From positions 28,783 through 92,782 of the IMG/VR virus record IMGVR_UViG_2795386114_000001: a stretch of 64,000 nt of DNA; one strand, given 5' to 3'. The position numbers and the translations under genes were made by a program. How positions within the stretch are numbered: the stretch's first letter is position 1; each line of letters begins with the position of its first letter. The notes beneath the pieces are model-generated. The model was given only the letters and a program-made list of their open reading frames with translations. It ran no database searches and was not told the DNA's origin. The DNA is from a virus. Taxonomy: Duplodnaviria > Caudoviricetes. Positions 19,571 to 27,688 of this stretch are shown in pieces.

Positions 19571-19603
19571 CGGCCTGCCCCTCCCTTCCTTGTGTGGTGT
19601 CGG

Positions 19604-19984
19604 CTATCGGTTGGTGAGTTCGTCGGCGATCTGCTGTGCGGCGTAGATGTGGGCGGGCATCAGCAGGACCTTCATGCCGTCTCCGGCTTTGCCTTCGGGG
19701 ATCTCACGCTGCTTCATGGCGATCTCCTCGCAGCCCATACACTTGTGGGAGACGGCGATGTAGGCGTCGACGTAGGCGCCGTGGTCGTCGGCCCATTCCG
19801 ATTCGCGGGTGCCGCACTGCGGGCACACGCTGCGCTGGTAGACGGCGTAGGCGAGGGCCTTGTCCCGGTCCAGGGCGGTCCAGGTGCCGTCACCGGTTCC
19901 GCGGAACAGGCTGTGGGGGATGCCCCACTGGTGGCACAGGGCCAGCTCGGACCGGAACCGTTCATCGTCGATCAGCCTTTTCCC
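19604..19984 (-). CDS. tail assembly chaperone, -1 frameshift extension (gpGT-like)
   Basis: Frame opens at the slippery GGGAAAA (plus-strand TTTTCCC 19978-19984); ELALCHQWGIPHS...CPQCG...CMGC. Confidence 0.75.
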   Translation of the reverse strand, partial: GKRLIDDERFRSELALCHQWGIPHSLFRGTGDGTWTALDRDKALAYAVYQRSVCPQCGTRESEWADDHGAYVDAYIAVSHKCMGCEEIAMKQREIPEGKAGDGMKVLLMPAHIYAAQQIADELTNR

Positions 19985-20520
19985 AGGTCGGCCCGGGTGG
20001 TGTTCTGCACGCTGAACGCTGCGTTGAACATCGCCCGCGCCTCGGACAGGGACCAGGAGTCGAGGAGTTCCTGCGCTTCGGGTTCGGTCATGCCGTCCAC
20101 GGAGGCCGCCGCGATGAGGGCCGCGTAGAAGGTGTCGGCCCACTCCTGGCCCTCGTCGGCGTCGGCTTCCGAGGGCTGGTGCTGCTTGGTCAGCGCCTCG
20201 AACGCTTTCCTGGGCAGGGCCCGGAAACGCAGCGGAATGGCGACCTGGTCGTAGGCGCTCTTCGCCTCGTCGAACTCCACCGACGCCTTCACTGCTTCGG
20301 CGGCGGCATCGGTGTCGTCGGGGTGTTCCTTGACGTAGGCCTGGGACAGTTCGTGGGCGCGCTGGGCGCGCTGGAACCGTGTCCGCACGTCGGGGTCGTC
20401 GCAGATCACGAACGTGGTCTCGGCGAGCTGCCGGTCCCGCAGGCGGGCCATCTTCTGCGCCCAGTGGGCGTCGGCGGCAACCGCCTGGGCGGGCGGCTCG
20501 GGCTTCCTGGTGGTGGTCAT
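19972..20520 (-). CDS. tail assembly chaperone (gpG-like)
   Basis: Between the major tail and TMP genes; ends DLGKG* over the slippery heptamer. Confidence 0.8.
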   Translation of the reverse strand: MTTTRKPEPPAQAVAADAHWAQKMARLRDRQLAETTFVICDDPDVRTRFQRAQRAHELSQAYVKEHPDDTDAAAEAVKASVEFDEAKSAYDQVAIPLRFRALPRKAFEALTKQHQPSEADADEGQEWADTFYAALIAAASVDGMTEPEAQELLDSWSLSEARAMFNAAFSVQNTTRADLGKG

Positions 20521-20548
20521 GTGGGGTGTCCTTGGTCAGGGGGGCGGA

Positions 20549-20597
20549 CCTGGCCGGGCGGCAAACGCCCTTCCCGAAGCGTGTACGCCCGGCCAGG
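20549..20597 (-). terminator. hairpin downstream of the major tail gene
   Basis: CCTGGCCGGGCG...CGCCCGGCCAGG 12-bp stem. Confidence 0.6.
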
Positions 20598-20619
20598 AAC
20601 TGAGGGGACGGTGGGCGGG

Positions 20620-21420
20620 TCAGCCGCCCGGCGTGGTGGTGGTGACGGTGACGGCCGGGCTGGTGCCGCCCGTCAGGCCCGCTGCGGAGGCCGTCATCTG
20701 CGGGACGTCCTCGCCGTCGTAGGCGCCGCCACCGAAGTTCACGGTGACCGGCGTGCCGGGCAGGGCACCGCCGGCGCAGGTGACGTCGCCGACGGCGATG
20801 TTCGACAGCGCCTCCAGTGCGGACTGCACCGCGGACGCGGCCGCGTTGTAGGCGATCCCGGACGTTGTCTGGCCGGAGAAAGTGAGCGTGAACGTGCCGC
20901 CCGTCGGGGATCCGGTGATGGTGACCGTCTGAACCTCGTCGGTGCCCGCCGCGGGGACCGGGGCACCCTGAAGGGGGCGGGAGGTGATGGAGCACGTGGC
21001 CATGAACTTGGCGGCCTCGTTGTCGGCGGTGTACTGCGGCGACAGCGACGCCACCCGGATCGGGAAGACGTCCATGCTGTTGTTGGCGGGGACGTCGCCC
21101 TTGCGGAGGATGACCACGTAGCCCGTGGTGCCCTTGGCGAACGTCTGCTCCAGGGTGGCGGTCTCCTCGTCCTCGTAGAACGTGAACGAGGAGGAGTCGG
21201 CCTTGTCGGAGCCGGGGATGGTGGAGTCGTAGGTGTCCGCCATGTTCGGCGTTTCGATCTCCTGGTTGGTGACCGTCCAACCGTCCATCGCGGCGATGTA
21301 CTCGGAGAACTCCGTGCCGGCGTTCAGCTCGGAACGGGTGGGGATCATGTTTTCGGCGGCGATCGTCGGCACGAAGTAGAACTTCGACGTGCCGCGCCGC
21401 ATGTACTTCTTGACCGGCAT
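20620..21420 (-). CDS. major tail (tube) protein with C-terminal accessory domain
   Basis: MPVKKYMRRGTSKFYFVPTIA...PTRSELNAG; C-terminal EVQTVTITGSPTGGTFTLTF domain. Confidence 0.85.
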   Translation of the reverse strand: MPVKKYMRRGTSKFYFVPTIAAENMIPTRSELNAGTEFSEYIAAMDGWTVTNQEIETPNMADTYDSTIPGSDKADSSSFTFYEDEETATLEQTFAKGTTGYVVILRKGDVPANNSMDVFPIRVASLSPQYTADNEAAKFMATCSITSRPLQGAPVPAAGTDEVQTVTITGSPTGGTFTLTFSGQTTSGIAYNAAASAVQSALEALSNIAVGDVTCAGGALPGTPVTVNFGGGAYDGEDVPQMTASAAGLTGGTSPAVTVTTTTPGG

Positions 21421-21558
21421 TCGTGGGCCCCTTGGTCCCGGGGCCTCCCGTCTGGTGCGGGCCCGGCCCCTTACACGGTGGTGTATGGGTTCGGCCACCT
21501 GTTGTGGTGGCGTCCGCGGAGGGGTCCCGCCGCGGTGCGGTTGTTCGCCTGACGCGGG

Positions 21559-22008
21559 TCAGGCGCTGTTCACTTGGAAAGCGAACCTGCTGGCACTGCT
21601 CATGATTCCATCGGTTGGGTCGGGTGTTCCCCCCACCTCGATGTCGGGCCGTCTGGCGATGACCCTGATGCCCGGCGGGTTTAGTTCGTGGAGCCATCTG
21701 CGGGTGGCCGGGTCACGGCCGAGGATGACCTCGCGGGCCTTGTCCTCCAGCCACTCCAGCTGGTCCTGGGTGCCGTAGGAGTCGGGGTCGCTGGGGTCGG
21801 GCCCGGATACGGCGGTGACCTGGTAGACGAGGGTGGCGTCTTCGTTGAGGTCGGTGTAGGGAGCGCCGTCGGTGTTCCGGTCGACCCGCCACAGGATGTA
21901 GTAGCTGGCGGGGTTGCCGTCGGGGCGGCGCCCTTTGCCGACGGGTTTTCCGCTGCCCGCGGCGAGCATGGCGGCCAGCGCGTTCGTGAACACCCGTGTT
22001 TTGATCAC
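21559..22008 (-). CDS. tail terminator-like protein
   Basis: Size and position before the major tail; YQVTAVS motif. Confidence 0.6.
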   Translation of the reverse strand: MIKTRVFTNALAAMLAAGSGKPVGKGRRPDGNPASYYILWRVDRNTDGAPYTDLNEDATLVYQVTAVSGPDPSDPDSYGTQDQLEWLEDKAREVILGRDPATRRWLHELNPPGIRVIARRPDIEVGGTPDPTDGIMSSASRFAFQVNSA

Positions 22009-22391
22009 GCGAGGACCTCCGCGACCGCGAGCCGCATGCTGGCCATCAGCGTCGTCTCGATGAACGGCAGGGCGGGCTGCACGTGGGGGAAGGGCGGCTG
22101 GTTGTAGTGGCGGCCCAGGCTGTCAACGCCTACGAACCCGAACTCGAGGCGGCGCCCTTGGGGGGCGTCGGTGGCCAGGGTGCATATCGCGCCGTAGGGG
22201 ATGCGGCGGGTGTGGGTTTGCCAGGAGTTGCGGTAGGCGCCGGTGATGACGTTGGGTCCGGGCCGTCCGGAGGCGTTGCCGCGGATGCGGGCCTGGCCGA
22301 GGGTTCCGGCGTGTTCCACGCCGCGGGCGATGGCCGGGCCGATGCGGGTGGCTGCGTGCTCGAGCTTGTCGGCGAGTTCGTCGGGGGTCAT
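22005..22391 (-). CDS. HK97 gp10-like tail completion protein
   Basis: TGAYRNSW...RLEFG...PFPHVQPA. Confidence 0.72.
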   Translation of the reverse strand: MTPDELADKLEHAATRIGPAIARGVEHAGTLGQARIRGNASGRPGPNVITGAYRNSWQTHTRRIPYGAICTLATDAPQGRRLEFGFVGVDSLGRHYNQPPFPHVQPALPFIETTLMASMRLAVAEVLA

Positions 22392-22837
22392 GGTGTGCTC
22401 CCGCGGGCCTGGTTCTGGTCCAGGGGGGTGATGCGGACGGCTTCGATGGTGGCGGCCCGGCCGGGGTCCTGGCAGATCCACGACCGGCCGATCAGGGCGG
22501 TGTTGGCCGGGTTGTGGACCTGCACGACGGTGACGATGGCGTCCTTGGGTGCGAGGGGCGCGGTGAGGGGGGTCAGGAGCCGGAAGCGGGACTTGGTCTC
22601 CTGGATCCACGGCTGGAGGGCGTTGGGGGTGGCTGAGATTTCCGACTGTGCGGTGCCGCCCTGCACGGCCCCTGGCCCTTCGTACAAGACGTCGCCCTGT
22701 GGCCGGGTCAGCTCGCCGGTGTCCTCGTTGAGGATGGGATCGCCGGTGGCGGGCAGTTCGATGCGCACGGTGTCCAGGAGGATGTTCTTGCCGATCCACG
22801 CGGCCACCGAGGCGAGCACAGCGTCGAGGCCGGCCAT
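22388..22837 (-). CDS. head closure protein (DUF6093-like)
   Basis: LLDTVRIE...DTGE...VLYEGPGAVQ. Confidence 0.65.
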   Translation of the reverse strand: MAGLDAVLASVAAWIGKNILLDTVRIELPATGDPILNEDTGELTRPQGDVLYEGPGAVQGGTAQSEISATPNALQPWIQETKSRFRLLTPLTAPLAPKDAIVTVVQVHNPANTALIGRSWICQDPGRAATIEAVRITPLDQNQARGSTP

Positions 22838-23217
22838 CAGGTCCTCCCCTGGGCCCAGTCGGCGATCTGCTTCAGGACCGCTTCGGTGATCTCATGCTTC
22901 TCGCCGGACAGGTCCGTACGGTCGAGGGCGGCGCGCTGCACGGCGGCCGGGTCCAGTCCGAGAACGAAGTCAGCGACCGCCTGCCCCGGATCCTGCGGTG
23001 CGGCGACCGCGACGCGTGCGAGACCTTCCCAGATGACGCCTTCGGGCTGCCGCGTGTGCAGGACCAGCATGGGCAGAGCGTCGGCAATCGAGTGCTCCAG
23101 CTGGTAGCCAACGACCTGACCCGCAGGAAGGTGGGCGCCGTCGATGCTGATGGCGGCGTGGCCGGGCTGGGCTTCGATGCGGACACCGTGGGCAGTCGGC
23201 TCGCTGGGAGTGCTCAT
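22837..23217 (-). CDS. hypothetical phage protein
   Basis: Coupled ORF within the neck operon. Confidence 0.6.
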   Translation of the reverse strand: MSTPSEPTAHGVRIEAQPGHAAISIDGAHLPAGQVVGYQLEHSIADALPMLVLHTRQPEGVIWEGLARVAVAAPQDPGQAVADFVLGLDPAAVQRAALDRTDLSGEKHEITEAVLKQIADWAQGRT

Positions 23218-24059
23218 ATGGGGTCTCCGGATACGAGGCCGCGTCGGTTATTGAGGTCGGGGCGGGGGATCCACTGGCGTATGCAGCCGTGGTGAGCGAC
23301 GGGGTAGGCGGCTGCGTCGTCGGCTGAGCGGATGGTGCCGCTGGCGTGGTCGGTGTCCTGATGGGAGACGAATCCGCACTCCGGGCCGTCCACGCACTCA
23401 AACCAGGCGGCCTGAAGGTCCAGCGTGCCGGTGTTGATGGCGCCGTGGTTGGCGGTGACGACGCCCTGGTAGGTGAGCGCGGAGCGCGCCCAGTCCTTCA
23501 CCGGATGCCGCGCGTTGTTGCGGTAGACGATCGTGGACAGCGGATGGTCGGCCGCCAGGCGTGCGGAGTCGATGCCAGCATGGTTGCGGCCCAGGGTGAC
23601 GTCGCGGGCCGCGCTCTGCGCTGTCCGGGCGAAGGCCTGCGCTCGGCGTACGGTCTCCTGGATGCGGCCGATGAGGTCGGTGTAGAAGGTGGCGGTCAGG
23701 GCGGTGATGGCTGCCTGATGGTCGGTGGTCCACCGGAAGAGGCTGATGTCGGCTCCGGCCTGCCGGAGGGCGCGCTGGGCGCCGTCGCGGTAGGCGACGG
23801 GCAGGTCCTGGGCGGCCCATCGTTCGGCCAGGGCGCGGGCGAGGCGGTCGAACTCGCCGACCTGCTGGTTGAAGCTGGCGATGATGAGCCGGATGCGGGT
23901 GGTGGCGCCGAATCCGGGGCGCAGGCGTTCGAGAAGGCGCAGCAGGTTGTCCTGGGCGGTGGCCAGGCGCTGCCAGTGGCGTACGAGTTCCGCGGTCATC
24001 ACGGCGATGAGGGCGGTGAGTTCGGCGCGGCCGTTGTCCTGCTGGACGGGGGTGGTCAT
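23214..24059 (-). CDS. minor capsid / MuF-like head morphogenesis protein
   Basis: C-terminal ECVDGPECG...HHGCIRQWIP; IVYRNNARHPVKDWARSA. Confidence 0.6.
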   Translation of the reverse strand: MTTPVQQDNGRAELTALIAVMTAELVRHWQRLATAQDNLLRLLERLRPGFGATTRIRLIIASFNQQVGEFDRLARALAERWAAQDLPVAYRDGAQRALRQAGADISLFRWTTDHQAAITALTATFYTDLIGRIQETVRRAQAFARTAQSAARDVTLGRNHAGIDSARLAADHPLSTIVYRNNARHPVKDWARSALTYQGVVTANHGAINTGTLDLQAAWFECVDGPECGFVSHQDTDHASGTIRSADDAAAYPVAHHGCIRQWIPRPDLNNRRGLVSGDPI

Positions 24060-24394
24060 CGGCGGGGCCGTTCAACGAGGTAGAACACGCCGAGCTGGGG
24101 GTCGCTGCTTGTGGTGTCGGCGGGGTCGTCGGGGGCGGGTGAGGCTCCGGCTTCCAGGAGGGCGATCTGCCGTTCGTAGGCCTTGATGTTCTCGACGTAG
24201 GACACCGAGACGACGCTGGAGACGTTGATGGTGGAGGCCTGTGCGCGCAGGTCTGCCAGTCGCTGGTTGAGGACTTCGAGGGCGACGGCGCGTGCGGTGC
24301 CGAGGCGGCTGTAGCGGGCTTCCAGGTCGGCGGTGTTGGTGTCGGTGCCGAGCTGGCCGGTCAGCCAGGCTTGTACTGCCGTGTCCAGGGCCAC
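24056..24394 (-). CDS. head-tail adaptor
   Basis: 112 aa helical protein downstream of the capsid block. Confidence 0.55.
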   Translation of the reverse strand: MALDTAVQAWLTGQLGTDTNTADLEARYSRLGTARAVALEVLNQRLADLRAQASTINVSSVVSVSYVENIKAYERQIALLEAGASPAPDDPADTTSSDPQLGVFYLVERPRR

Positions 24395-24438
24395 GACGTC
24401 CTCCCGGGGGCAGGTGGGTGGGGTGGGAAGAGTGTGCG

Positions 24439-24488
24439 GGGTGCGGGCCCGCCTGTTGGCGCCCCCACCATGGGGCGGGCCCGCACCC
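24439..24488 (-). terminator. hairpin downstream of the capsid block
   Basis: GGGTGCGGGCCCGCC...GGCGGGCCCGCACCC 15-bp perfect stem. Confidence 0.7.
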
Positions 24489-24490
24489 TG

Positions 24491-24859
24491 CTATTCGCCG
24501 CTGGTGCCCTCGCCGGCGGCGTCCCGGCCCCGAGACCGGCTGGTGGCCGCAGTGGTCTTGCGTGCGGCGGTCTTCTTGGCCGCCGGGGCGGCCGTGTCGG
24601 AGTCCCCGGACGGGGGCTGGTCAGCGTCGCTGGACGAGTCGTCGCCAGAGGCGTCGTCCTGGTCGTCGCCGGTAGGGCCCTGGGCGCTGTCGTTGTCCTG
24701 CTTCTTCGGCAGGCGGGGCAGCTTCCCGTCGACCCAGGCGGCCGGGTTCGTCACCAGTGCCGCCAGGCGCGGCTCGGGGAGCGTCCCTTGCGCCAGTTCG
24801 ACCGTTTGGTGGGTCTTCGGATCTCTCACGTACACCGTCGCTGCGAGTTGGGCGCCCAT
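24491..24859 (-). CDS. small capsid-associated protein with acidic/basic tail
   Basis: Directly after the major capsid gene; LVTNPAAW; AAKKTAARK tail. Confidence 0.65.
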   Translation of the reverse strand: MGAQLAATVYVRDPKTHQTVELAQGTLPEPRLAALVTNPAAWVDGKLPRLPKKQDNDSAQGPTGDDQDDASGDDSSSDADQPPSGDSDTAAPAAKKTAARKTTAATSRSRGRDAAGEGTSGE

Positions 24860-24862
24860 GGC

Positions 24863-25927
24863 TTACCACACCGTCGCTGCGATGTGGATGTCCGGCACGT
24901 ACATGACCGGCAGCGCGGCCGCCGAGCCCTTCGTCCACACCTGCGGCGGGTCGTCCTGGTAGCCGCGGGTGACGACGATGCCGGGGGCTTCCTCCCGCTC
25001 GATGGCGGGGTTGCCGCCGGAGGAGAGGATGAGGCCGTCGGCGGTCAGGCCGTACTGGGTCTCGGCCCACTGGGTGGGGTTGGGCGGCAGGAGGAAGAAC
25101 ATGTTCTCCGGCAGCGCGCGGACGTCCGTGCCGTTGTCCAGCTCGATCTTCACGTCGTACGTGGTGATCGGCGGAAGGTTGTAGCGGGACCGGACGACGT
25201 TGACTTCGTTGGGAGCGAGCACCGCGGTGGGGATCGTCGACGCGGAGTTCACCGAGCCGTAGTAGGCGGCGCGGTAGGAGTCGTTGCCCATCATCAGCGC
25301 TGCCGTCTTGTACGACGTCAGAGCGCGGCCGGGAGCCGGGGCACCGGAGGCGCGCAGGACCTCGATCCAGCGCATCTCGTCGCCGAGGATGTCGGCGGTC
25401 GGGTCGGTCCAGTTCGTCGGCGCGGTCGGCCGGTTCGCCGACGGAACCGAGTAGTCGGCCTCCAGGGTCAGGCCGTTCTCGCCGACGAGGGAGAACTTGC
25501 CGTCGACGAGGAGGTCACCGACGGCCAGCTCGAGGCGCTTCTTGATGGACAGGACGTGCGCGCCGACGTCGTCGTAGACGGCGTTGACGAGGTCGCGGCT
25601 GTCCATGCCGCGGTCGAGGCTTTCGAGGATGGTCTCGAACTCGCCGACGATGTACTTCTGGCCGAGCGGGAGGAGCTTGCCGGAGGTCGCGAACTGCGTG
25701 ATCTCACGCGTGGCGACCTTGGTCTGGGCGTCCCATGCGCGGTAGGAGGCGGCGGCGATCCGGCGGCGGGTGCCGCGGGTCTCCCACTTGACGGAGTTGA
25801 TGGTCCGCTCGGGCATGACCGTGCGGGTGAGTTCGTAGTCGGCCGGCGTCTGGACTTCGCGGGCGAAGGCCTGGATTTCGGTCGGGCTGAGGTCGCGGAG
25901 CAGGAGCTCCAGCATGTCGTTCGGCAT
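24863..25927 (-). CDS. major capsid protein (capsid E-like)
   Basis: 354 aa after scaffold and decoration genes; ASYRAWDA, LLPLGQK, WTDPTADILGD, SAAALPV. Confidence 0.85.
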   Translation of the reverse strand: MPNDMLELLLRDLSPTEIQAFAREVQTPADYELTRTVMPERTINSVKWETRGTRRRIAAASYRAWDAQTKVATREITQFATSGKLLPLGQKYIVGEFETILESLDRGMDSRDLVNAVYDDVGAHVLSIKKRLELAVGDLLVDGKFSLVGENGLTLEADYSVPSANRPTAPTNWTDPTADILGDEMRWIEVLRASGAPAPGRALTSYKTAALMMGNDSYRAAYYGSVNSASTIPTAVLAPNEVNVVRSRYNLPPITTYDVKIELDNGTDVRALPENMFFLLPPNPTQWAETQYGLTADGLILSSGGNPAIEREEAPGIVVTRGYQDDPPQVWTKGSAAALPVMYVPDIHIAATVW

Positions 25928-25942
25928 GTCGGTGTCTCCTGA

Positions 25943-26677
25943 TCAGGCCTTGTAGACGAACTGGGTGTTGGATCCGGCCGGGATGTCGGCCGGGTCGAAT
26001 GCGACGGGCAGCTTGGATGCGTCGATCTGTCCGTGGACCATGAGCGGGGCTGCGACCTTGGTGGCTCCCGGGTGGAAGGCGACCTCGGTGAAGAGGAATC
26101 CGCGGAAGGTCTGGGTGCCGTCGGATGCGGTGGCGGTGCCACCGGCGGTGGTGGTGGCCATGGTGACGCCGGGGCTGGTGCCGCCGGTGAGGGAGGCGGT
26201 GGCGGTGATGGAGGCGACGTTGTCGCCGAGGTACTGGCCGCCGAAGGTGAGCGTGTAGGGTCCGCCCGCGTTGCCGGTGACGGTGATGTCGCCGGGGTTG
26301 ACGTTCGACAGGGCCTCCAGCGCGGTCTGCACAGCCGCCGCGGTGGCGTTGTACGCGATCGCGCTGGTGGTCTGACCGGAGAAGGTGAGGGTGAACGTGC
26401 CGCCGGTCGGGCCGCCGGTGATGGTGGCGGTCTGGACCTCGTTGGTGACCGCGGCGTACGGCTCGTACAGCCCGGTTGACGTGTTCTTGCCGAGCGGGAT
26501 GCCGGACTTCAGCTTGCGGTCGGGCTGGTAGGCGGAGGCCTCCGTCCAGTGGAGGTTCTCGTCGAAGGCGGTGAGGTCGAGGGTGACGCTGACGTTGGCT
26601 TCGATGCCGAGCATGCTCATGAGCCACGGGCGGCCGACAGCGAGCGTCTCGGTGCTGGTGTACGGCTGGATGTCCAC
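25943..26677 (-). CDS. head decoration protein with inserted accessory domain
   Basis: LKSGIPLGKNTSTGLYEPY...FRGFLFT...GQIDASKLP interrupted by an EVQTATITGGPTGGTFTLTF domain. Confidence 0.75.
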   Translation of the reverse strand: MDIQPYTSTETLAVGRPWLMSMLGIEANVSVTLDLTAFDENLHWTEASAYQPDRKLKSGIPLGKNTSTGLYEPYAAVTNEVQTATITGGPTGGTFTLTFSGQTTSAIAYNATAAAVQTALEALSNVNPGDITVTGNAGGPYTLTFGGQYLGDNVASITATASLTGGTSPGVTMATTTAGGTATASDGTQTFRGFLFTEVAFHPGATKVAAPLMVHGQIDASKLPVAFDPADIPAGSNTQFVYKA

Positions 26678-26783
26678 GCCGTAGCCCCTTTCGCGATGTA
26701 CGCGGGTGTGTGGTGAGGGCACCTGTTGTGGTGCCGTCCACGTGGGGTAGGGCGTGGTTCCCTTGGCTGTGCTGGTCTAGGGG

Positions 26784-27623
26784 TCAGGCTGCGTCGTCGG
26801 TGCGCAGGCCCATCCGTTGTGCCCTTTCGCGGGCGGCCTTGTGGATGGCGTCTTTGGTGCTGGCGGGCTGTCGGGGTGCGTTGCCTCCGGCGGGGCCACC
26901 GGACGGGGCCGGCGGGAGGGTCTGCGGCGCTGGGGTGGTGCCGAACATCTCGGCGCGGCGGCCCTTGAGCTCCTCAGCGGCCTTGGTGATGTCGTCGTCC
27001 GTGGCGTCGTCCGCAATGCGCATGAGGGCGGCGGCGTCTTCGAGGTCGGCACCCGTGGCGCCGAGGGTGACGAGGGCCTGCCGGATACGGATCTCGCGGT
27101 CGCGGTCGGCGGCGGCCTTCTCCTTCGCAGCGAGTTCCGCCTGCCGGGCTTCGAGGGCCTGCTCGCGCCTGGCGAGCTCTTCGGTGCGGCGCTGCTCTTC
27201 GGTGAGCTGCTGCTGGCGGGCCGTCTCGGCTTCCTTCAGCAGCTGCCCGAACAGCTTGGGGTCGAACGTGGCCGGGTCGTAGTCGAGGCCGGCGGCTTCG
27301 GCCATCTCCCGGAACGCGCTGTGACGGGACTTGTCGTACTGGCGGGTCATGATCTGGGAGAAGCGGCCCTGGGTCATGGGCTGCCCGGTGTCCTTGTCGA
27401 GGAGGACCTGGGTGTCGTCCGTGCCGCGGGGTGCGGGGGGTGCTGCCGTGGGGGCGGGCGGCTGCGGGGTGCGGGCGGCGAGGTCGGCGGGGCTCGGCGC
27501 CGGGGCGGGCGGCGTGGCCGGGTCGCCGTTGTAGAACACGGCCAGCGACTGCATGCCGGTGTAGGGGCGGGTCCAGCCGGGGGCGGCCGGGCCGGGGCGG
27601 TGGTGCTGCGCGGGGCGACGCAT
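26784..27623 (-). CDS. capsid scaffolding protein
   Basis: Pro-rich N-terminus, long coiled coil, position between portal and capsid genes. Confidence 0.7.
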   Translation of the reverse strand: MRRPAQHHRPGPAAPGWTRPYTGMQSLAVFYNGDPATPPAPAPSPADLAARTPQPPAPTAAPPAPRGTDDTQVLLDKDTGQPMTQGRFSQIMTRQYDKSRHSAFREMAEAAGLDYDPATFDPKLFGQLLKEAETARQQQLTEEQRRTEELARREQALEARQAELAAKEKAAADRDREIRIRQALVTLGATGADLEDAAALMRIADDATDDDITKAAEELKGRRAEMFGTTPAPQTLPPAPSGGPAGGNAPRQPASTKDAIHKAARERAQRMGLRTDDAA

Positions 27624-27688
27624 CGAAACAAGTCCTCCCAGACTCGTCGTTCCAGGCCCCGCGCCTAGATCCAAGTGGAGCACAGATT

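Noticed and set aside
20790-20945. DNA similarity with about 26290-26445 as a DGR template/variable pair
   Set aside because: Both copies are coding, the differences are not adenine-specific, and there is no RT
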